Origin: a virus
IMG/VR virus record: IMGVR_UViG_3300032116_000032
Coordinates: 1-64,000 of that record
Reading direction: 5' to 3' (one strand)
DNA length: 64,000 nt
In this document: positions 58,303 through 64,000 of the stretch, piece by piece
Numbering within the stretch: the first letter of the stretch is position 1
How the letters are laid out: each line of letters opens with the position of its first letter
Notes under the pieces: generated by a model
The model's database searches: none
Told to the model about the DNA's origin: nothing
What the model saw: only the letters and a program-made list of their open reading frames with translations
Program-made: the position numbers and the translations under genes

Positions 58303-59685
58303 ATGGCGACAGGTAAAAATTTTGAGTATTTAGGTAATACGTTTCAGTTACAATTACTTAATCAAATCATTGTGGATAAAGACTTTTCACATTCAATTAT
58401 CGATGTGATCGAGAATAATTATTTTGAGAACAAGTACTTCAAAATCATCATTCAAATGATTAGAGAGTATTACACGAAATATGACCACACACCGTCGTTT
58501 GATACGTTAGAACAAATCACAAAATCTGAATTACAACAAGAAATTGCATCCAAGATTGTTATGGATACAATCAAGAAAATTAAAGATGCACCTATCGATG
58601 GCGTAGCTTTTGTACAAGAAAAAGCGTTGAAGTTCTGTAAACAACAAGAACTACAAAAGGTAATGGGTAAGGCTCAAAAGATCATTGATGGTGGTGAGTT
58701 TGAGAGTTACGACACACTTGAAGAAATGGTTAAAACGGCTCTTCAGGTTGGTGCAAAAGACACTACTATGTTAGATGTGTTTTCCAACCTTGATCAAGTT
58801 CTTGAGGATGATTACAGACACCCAATCCCAATGGGAATACCTGGAATCGATAGATTATTAAAAGGAGGTTTGGCAAAAGGGGAAATTGGTGTTATCTTAG
58901 CACCTACAGGTGTCGGTAAGTCAACTATATTAACCAAAATGGCTAATCACGCTTTTAACTTAGGATTTAATGTACTTCAGATCTTTTTTGAGGACAACCC
59001 AAAGGTTATCCAAAGAAAGCATTTCACATTATGGACGAAAGTTCATCCTGACGATTTGTCAGAGAAAAAAGATGAGGTTATGAAGAGAGTTAGGGAAATT
59101 GAGGAATCAATGCCAAATAAATTGATAATGAAAAAGTTACCATCTGATACTATGACGATGTTACAAATTAAAAATCAAATTAGAAAAATGGTATCTGATG
59201 GGATCAAAGTAGATATGATTGTTTTAGATTATATCGATTGTATTGTTCCTGACAAAAATTTAGGTGATGAATGGAAGAGTGAAGGGTCAGTGATGAGAGC
59301 ATTTGAAGCAATGTGTCACGAAATGAATATTGTGGGTTGGACAGCAACTCAAGGTAACAGATCTTCAATATCTTCCGAAGTTGTTACAACAGATCAAATG
59401 GGTGGATCAATTAAAAAGGCTCAAGTTGGTCACGTTATTATATCAGTTGCAAAGACATTACAACAAAAAGAAATGAAACTAGCAACAATTGCAATCACAA
59501 AATCACGTATTGGTGATGATGGTGTTGTATTTGAAAACTGTAAGTTTGATAACGCAATGATTGATATAGATACTGAAAGCTCAATGACGTTCTTAGGTCT
59601 TGAAGAACAAAAAGAAGAAAGACAAAGACAAAGAGTTAAGGAACTCTTAGAAAAGAGAAAACAAAGAGAAACACAATCAAATTAA
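58303..59685 (+). CDS. dnaB: Replicative helicase (DnaB/gp41-like)
   Basis: Walker [23 protein letters not shown] and KSRIG. Confidence 0.9.
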   Translation: MATGKNFEYLGNTFQLQLLNQIIVDKDFSHSIIDVIENNYFENKYFKIIIQMIREYYTKYDHTPSFDTLEQITKSELQQEIASKIVMDTIKKIKDAPIDGVAFVQEKALKFCKQQELQKVMGKAQKIIDGGEFESYDTLEEMVKTALQVGAKDTTMLDVFSNLDQVLEDDYRHPIPMGIPGIDRLLKGGLAKGEIGVILAPTGVGKSTILTKMANHAFNLGFNVLQIFFEDNPKVIQRKHFTLWTKVHPDDLSEKKDEVMKRVREIEESMPNKLIMKKLPSDTMTMLQIKNQIRKMVSDGIKVDMIVLDYIDCIVPDKNLGDEWKSEGSVMRAFEAMCHEMNIVGWTATQGNRSSISSEVVTTDQMGGSIKKAQVGHVIISVAKTLQQKEMKLATIAITKSRIGDDGVVFENCKFDNAMIDIDTESSMTFLGLEEQKEERQRQRVKELLEKRKQRETQSN

Positions 59686-59707
59686 CAAAATAAGTAAATT
59701 TATAAAA

Positions 59708-60655
59708 ATGGAAAAAATACTAGTAGAAAATCCTGGTCGGTTTGTCATCTTCCCTATCGAACACAATGATATATGGGAATTTTACAAACAACACCAAGCA
59801 GCGTTTTGGACGGCAGAAGAGGTGGATTTAACTAATGACATCAGAGATTGGGAAAATTTAACAGACAATGAAAAATACTTTATCAAAAACGTATTGTCAT
59901 TTTTCGCGGCTTCTGACGGTATTGTAAACGAAAACTTGGCGGAAAATTTTTACCGAGAAGTGCAATATCCCGAAGCTAAATTCTTTTACGGATTCCAATT
60001 GGCGATGGAGAACATTCACTCATTAATGTATTCGTTGTTGATCGATACGTACATTAATAACCCAAAGGAGAAAGATGAATGTTTCAATGCAATTGATAGA
60101 CTACCCGCGGTTCAGAAGAAAGCCAAATGGGCTTTGGAATGGATTGAAAAGGCATCTTTTGCAGAAAGATTAGTTGCGTTTGCTGCTGTCGAAGGTATCT
60201 TTTTCTCAGGTTCATTCTGTTCTATTTTTTGGATGAAATCAAGAGGGATTATGCAAGGTTTGTGTAACGCTAACTCATTAATCTTTAAAGATGAAAATTT
60301 ACATTGTGATTTTGCAATTCACTTATTAAATAACCATTTAGAAAATAAACCTTCCGAAAAAAGAATTAAAGAGATTTTACTTTCGGCATTAGAAATTGAA
60401 AAGGAATTCATAACAGAATCACTTCCTGTTTCTTTAATTGGAATGAACTCAAACTTAATGAAACAATATCTTGAATTTGTAGTTGATGGATTACTCGTTA
60501 AGATGGGATGTAGTAAAGAATTCAACGTAGAACAACCGTTTAAGTTTATGGAGCAAATTGCTGTTGAAACTAAAGGTAACTTCTTTGAATCAAGAACTAT
60601 GGAGTATCAGAAGGCAAAACTGAATGAAACCATAACATTTACAGACGACTTTTAA
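59708..60655 (+). CDS. nrdB: Class Ia ribonucleotide reductase beta subunit
   Basis: [20 protein letters not shown] (radical Tyr), [10 protein letters not shown] and DENLH. Confidence 0.95.
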   Translation: MEKILVENPGRFVIFPIEHNDIWEFYKQHQAAFWTAEEVDLTNDIRDWENLTDNEKYFIKNVLSFFAASDGIVNENLAENFYREVQYPEAKFFYGFQLAMENIHSLMYSLLIDTYINNPKEKDECFNAIDRLPAVQKKAKWALEWIEKASFAERLVAFAAVEGIFFSGSFCSIFWMKSRGIMQGLCNANSLIFKDENLHCDFAIHLLNNHLENKPSEKRIKEILLSALEIEKEFITESLPVSLIGMNSNLMKQYLEFVVDGLLVKMGCSKEFNVEQPFKFMEQIAVETKGNFFESRTMEYQKAKLNETITFTDDF

Positions 60656-60665
60656 TTTTTGGAAT

Positions 60666-63095
60666 ATGTCATTAAAAATAAATAAAAGAGGAGGAGACAG
60701 TGTATCATTTAATCCTCAAAAAATTTACAACAGAGTTAAGAGAGCATCAAAAGGCTTGAATGTTAACTCTGATGAAATTTTCATTAAAGTAATTACTTCT
60801 GTACCAACGGAAGGTGAGGTAACTACAAAAGAACTTGATAAATTAGTTTATGAGATTGCAGCTTCATACACAGGTAGTCACCATGATTACTCAAGATTGG
60901 CTGCGAGTGTTGCGATTTCTTCATACCACAAAGAAACTAATGAAAGTTTTTCACAAACAATGATGCAACTTTATGAAGATGGAATTATCAATGAAAAATT
61001 GATTGAAACTATTAAAGAATATGGTGAAGATACTATTGATGCGGCTATTAATCATGAAAATGATTATAACTTCGATTACTTTGCTTGGAGATCATTACAA
61101 GAAATGTATTTGTTGAAAAGACCAAATGGTAAAGTAGTTGAAAGACCACAACATATGTATATGAGAGTTGCTCTTTGGGTTACTACCAATATGTCTGACG
61201 CATTTGAGTACTACAAATCATTATCAAATCAGTTGATTTCAAAGGCAACACCAATAATGATTAATGCTGGAACAAAAGTTCCACAATTAGCATCATGTGT
61301 ACTTCACTATAACAACTCCGACTCAAGAAAAGGTTTATTAGATACATTAACAGATATTTCAACTTTCTCCTCTGATGCTGCTGGTATTGGATTATCTATG
61401 TCTAACATTAGAAGTAAAGAAAGTAGAATCTCAAGTTCAGGTGGATATGCTGGAGGTCTTTTAAAATATTTAAAAATTGTTAATGAATCACTTAGATTCT
61501 TTAACCAACAAGGTCGTAGACCTGGTAGTGCCGCTATCTATCTTGAACCTTGGCACAAAGACATCTTTGATCTTTTAGACATCAAGAAGAACACAGGTGC
61601 GGAAGAATTGAGAGCTCGTGATTTGTTTACCGCACTTTGGATTCCTGATAACTTCATGAGAGCGGTTAGAAATAACACTAGTTGGTATTTGTTCTGTCCT
61701 AATGATATCACTAAGGCTGGTTTAAAACCTTTACAAGAATGTTTTGGTGATGAATATGAAGAGGTGTATGAAAAGGCAGTATCAATGGGGTTAGGTAAAA
61801 AAGTAAAAGCTCAGGACATTTGGAGTAAAGTTGTTGAATCTCAAATCGAAACAGGAGTTCCTTATTTATGTTCTAAAGATAATGCTAATAGAAAAACTAA
61901 CCACCAAAATATTGGGGTCATTAAACAATCTAATTTGTGTAATGAAATATATCAATATACTGATGAAGAAACTACAGCGATTTGTACACTTTCATCGATG
62001 GTTTTAAAGAATTTTATTCAAGGGGGTAAATTTGATTTTGAACTTTTATTTAATGAGGTTAGAAAAGTTGTTAGATCACTTAATAAGGTAGTTGATATCA
62101 ACAACTACTCAACTGAAAAAGGTAGAAAAGGTGGTTTGGAACAAAGAGCAATTGCAATTGGTACACAAGGTTTGGCTGATGTATTTTATTTAATGGATTA
62201 TATCTTCACATCTAATGAAGCTAAGAAATTGAACAAGGACATTTTTGAAACAATCTATTATGCGGCAATCTATGAAAGTAATCAGTTGTGCATGAACGGT
62301 AAGTATAAACCTTATTCATTCTTCAACGGATCACCAATGTCTCAAGGAGTATTCCAATTTGATATGTGGGGATTAGACGAAACTCAACTTTCAGGAATGT
62401 GGGATTGGAACAAACTCAAGAATAGTGTTTCACAATATGGGGTTTGTAATTCATTATTCACGGCTCAAATGCCCGTGGCATCTTCAGCTAAAATTACAGG
62501 TTCATATGAAATGACAGAACCAGCACACTCTGCAATCTTTAATAGACGAGTTGTTGGTGGTGAAATCATGATAGTTAACAAATATCTAATCAACGACTTT
62601 GAAAAGATAGGTATTTGGTGTGAAGATTTAAAAAATGAAATCATTATAAATGAAGGATCAATTCAAAATATTAACTTTAATAACTATTTGGATTCTGAAG
62701 ATAAAAACTACAATAAGAAAGTTAAACGAATTGAACATTTAATTCCTAAGTATAAAACTATTTGGGAGATCTCACAAAGAGAACTTATTGATATGGCTGC
62801 AGATAGAGCTCCATTTATTGATCAATCACAGTCAATGAACATCTATATGGCAAACCCAACCCTATCTAAGATTACATCATCACATTTCCACTCTTGGGAA
62901 AAAGGATTAAAAACTTTATGTTATTATGTAAGAACTAAGGCAATATCAACAGGAGCTAAACATTTGGCGTTAGATATGTCTAAACGTGAAAAACCTAAAG
63001 TAACTCCTGAACCACCAAAAGTTGACTATTCTCACCTAAACTTACCACCAAGACCTGAGAATTCTGATTTTGAATGTTTTGGATGTTCATCCTAA
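60666..63095 (+). CDS. nrdA: Class Ia ribonucleotide reductase alpha subunit with ATP cone
   Basis: The N-terminal ATP cone is followed by ATP...QLASC, SNLCNEI, CTLSS, KTLCYY and a C-terminal CFGC pair. Confidence 0.95.
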   Translation: MSLKINKRGGDSVSFNPQKIYNRVKRASKGLNVNSDEIFIKVITSVPTEGEVTTKELDKLVYEIAASYTGSHHDYSRLAASVAISSYHKETNESFSQTMMQLYEDGIINEKLIETIKEYGEDTIDAAINHENDYNFDYFAWRSLQEMYLLKRPNGKVVERPQHMYMRVALWVTTNMSDAFEYYKSLSNQLISKATPIMINAGTKVPQLASCVLHYNNSDSRKGLLDTLTDISTFSSDAAGIGLSMSNIRSKESRISSSGGYAGGLLKYLKIVNESLRFFNQQGRRPGSAAIYLEPWHKDIFDLLDIKKNTGAEELRARDLFTALWIPDNFMRAVRNNTSWYLFCPNDITKAGLKPLQECFGDEYEEVYEKAVSMGLGKKVKAQDIWSKVVESQIETGVPYLCSKDNANRKTNHQNIGVIKQSNLCNEIYQYTDEETTAICTLSSMVLKNFIQGGKFDFELLFNEVRKVVRSLNKVVDINNYSTEKGRKGGLEQRAIAIGTQGLADVFYLMDYIFTSNEAKKLNKDIFETIYYAAIYESNQLCMNGKYKPYSFFNGSPMSQGVFQFDMWGLDETQLSGMWDWNKLKNSVSQYGVCNSLFTAQMPVASSAKITGSYEMTEPAHSAIFNRRVVGGEIMIVNKYLINDFEKIGIWCEDLKNEIIINEGSIQNINFNNYLDSEDKNYNKKVKRIEHLIPKYKTIWEISQRELIDMAADRAPFIDQSQSMNIYMANPTLSKITSSHFHSWEKGLKTLCYYVRTKAISTGAKHLALDMSKREKPKVTPEPPKVDYSHLNLPPRPENSDFECFGCSS

Positions 63096-63102
63096 AATTA
63101 AG

Positions 63103-63132
63103 AATCACTACTTCGGTAGTGATTTTTTTTTT
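63103..63132 (+). terminator. Terminator with a C(UUCG)G tetraloop
   Basis: AATCACTAC-TTCG-GTAGTGATT followed by a T-run. Confidence 0.88.
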
Positions 63133-63167
63133 ACTTAAAAATTCTATAACTTATATTTATATGTGAT

Positions 63168-63626
63168 ATGGCAAATGGTATTACATACGGTATAGGGTTT
63201 CCCTTCGTTGATTCGTTTACAGGTAGATATTTGGATGTTACTGAAACTACCGAAGCTGAAATTAGAGGTAATCTAGTTCACTTACTTTTAACAAGAAAAG
63301 GAAGTAGATATTTTTTACCTGATTTTGGGACAAGATTATATGAATATATATTCGAACCACTTGATGGTCCTACGTTTTCAGATATTGAGGCGGAGATAAG
63401 GGACACCATTAGAACATTTATGCCAAACTTACAAGTTACAAATATTGTTGTTGAACCAGCATCTGCAGGACTTGAAGATAAAGGTTATACGGTTAACCAA
63501 TATGGTGAACGAGAATTTAAAGTTACAAACATTGCCAATTTAGAACACACGGCAAGAATCAAAATTGATTATAAAATCACTGATTCGGCATTTGAATCAC
63601 AAGATTTTGTTATATTAAATATTTAA
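63168..63626 (+). CDS. Baseplate wedge protein (gp25/W-like)
   Basis: NLVHLLLTRKGSRYFLPDFGTRLYEYIFEP. Confidence 0.9.
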   Translation: MANGITYGIGFPFVDSFTGRYLDVTETTEAEIRGNLVHLLLTRKGSRYFLPDFGTRLYEYIFEPLDGPTFSDIEAEIRDTIRTFMPNLQVTNIVVEPASAGLEDKGYTVNQYGEREFKVTNIANLEHTARIKIDYKITDSAFESQDFVILNI

Positions 63627-63632
63627 TGATAT

Positions 63633-64000
63633 ATGGCTGAAAAAAAGATATCCTATACGGTCCGAGATTTTCAAGGAGTAAGATCTGAGTTAATAAATTT
63701 CACAAGAACTTACTATCCTGATTTAGTTCAGAACTTTAATGATGCTGGGATTTTTTCAGTTATGTTGGATCTTAACGCCGCGGTAACTGATAACTTGAAT
63801 TATCAAATTGATAGAAGTATCCAAGAAACTGTATTACAATTTGCACAACAAAAGAATTCGGTTTATAATATTGCAAGAACTTATGGTCTTAAAGTACCTG
63901 GTCAAAGACCATCGGTTGCTTTAGTTGATTTCTCAATAACAGTTCCTGCTTTTGGTGATAGAGAAGACATAAGATATTGTGGAATCTTAAGAAGAGGATC
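63633..64000 (+). CDS. Baseplate wedge protein (gp6/J-like), 3'-partial
   Basis: Not in the track. My translation is MAEKKISYTVRDFQGVRSELINFTRTYYPDLVQNFNDAG...QETVLQFAQQKNSVYNIARTYG, open to the window end. Confidence 0.85.
   Translation, partial: MAEKKISYTVRDFQGVRSELINFTRTYYPDLVQNFNDAGIFSVMLDLNAAVTDNLNYQIDRSIQETVLQFAQQKNSVYNIARTYGLKVPGQRPSVALVDFSITVPAFGDREDIRYCGILRRG

Noticed and set aside
22365-63095. Introns or inteins in polB, helicase, recA, nrdA and nrdB
   Set aside because: The ORFs are uninterrupted and of normal size, and I saw no intein (C...HN) or homing-endonuclease motifs.
59708-63095. Eukaryotic giant-virus origin suggested by the RNR type, SNF2, collagen and GT60-like genes
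   Set aside because: Contractile sheath, tube, gp25/gp6 wedges, gp32-like SSB, DnaB-like helicase and bacterial-type terminators indicate a tailed bacteriophage.
1-64000. Stop-codon reassignment, as seen in some large phages
   Set aside because: Conserved genes are intact under the standard code, and both TAG (13097) and TGA (7705, 16058, 53193) serve as stops at sensible gene ends.

Overview
This window is part of an AT-rich, large myovirus genome (Caudoviricetes, T4-superfamily-like structural and replication genes). It is gene-dense, uses the standard code, and shows no tRNA, rRNA, CRISPR array or mobile element. 1-22.3 kb is a fibre/adhesin region: Pro-free collagen-like (Gly-Thr-Asn/Ser) fibres, a Cys-rich beta-roll adhesin, a LamG protein and Pro/Thr-linker adaptors. 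These genes are interleaved with a glycan-tailoring cluster: a sulfotransferase, APS kinase, an HxGH nucleotidyltransferase, a DUF2061 membrane protein, two GT9-like enzymes, a GT4 + Aah/TibC-like + FkbM triple fusion, a GT60-like enzyme and two HtrL/YibB-like proteins. 22.3-32.5 kb holds a family B DNA polymerase, neck genes, an HExxH + Mn-SOD fusion, a SNF2 helicase and a small RHH protein. 32.5-54.1 kb holds sheath, tube, a tail chaperone with a candidate +1 frameshift, a tape-measure-like gene and very large baseplate/hub proteins. 54.2-63.1 kb holds SSB, RecA/UvsX, a methyltransferase, a 5'-3' exonuclease, a DnaB-like helicase, nrdB and nrdA, followed by baseplate wedge genes. The most notable hypothesis is a phage-encoded system that glycosylates, methylates and sulfates the phage's own Ser/Thr/Asn-rich virion proteins. 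All family calls come from motif recognition by eye, without database searches.
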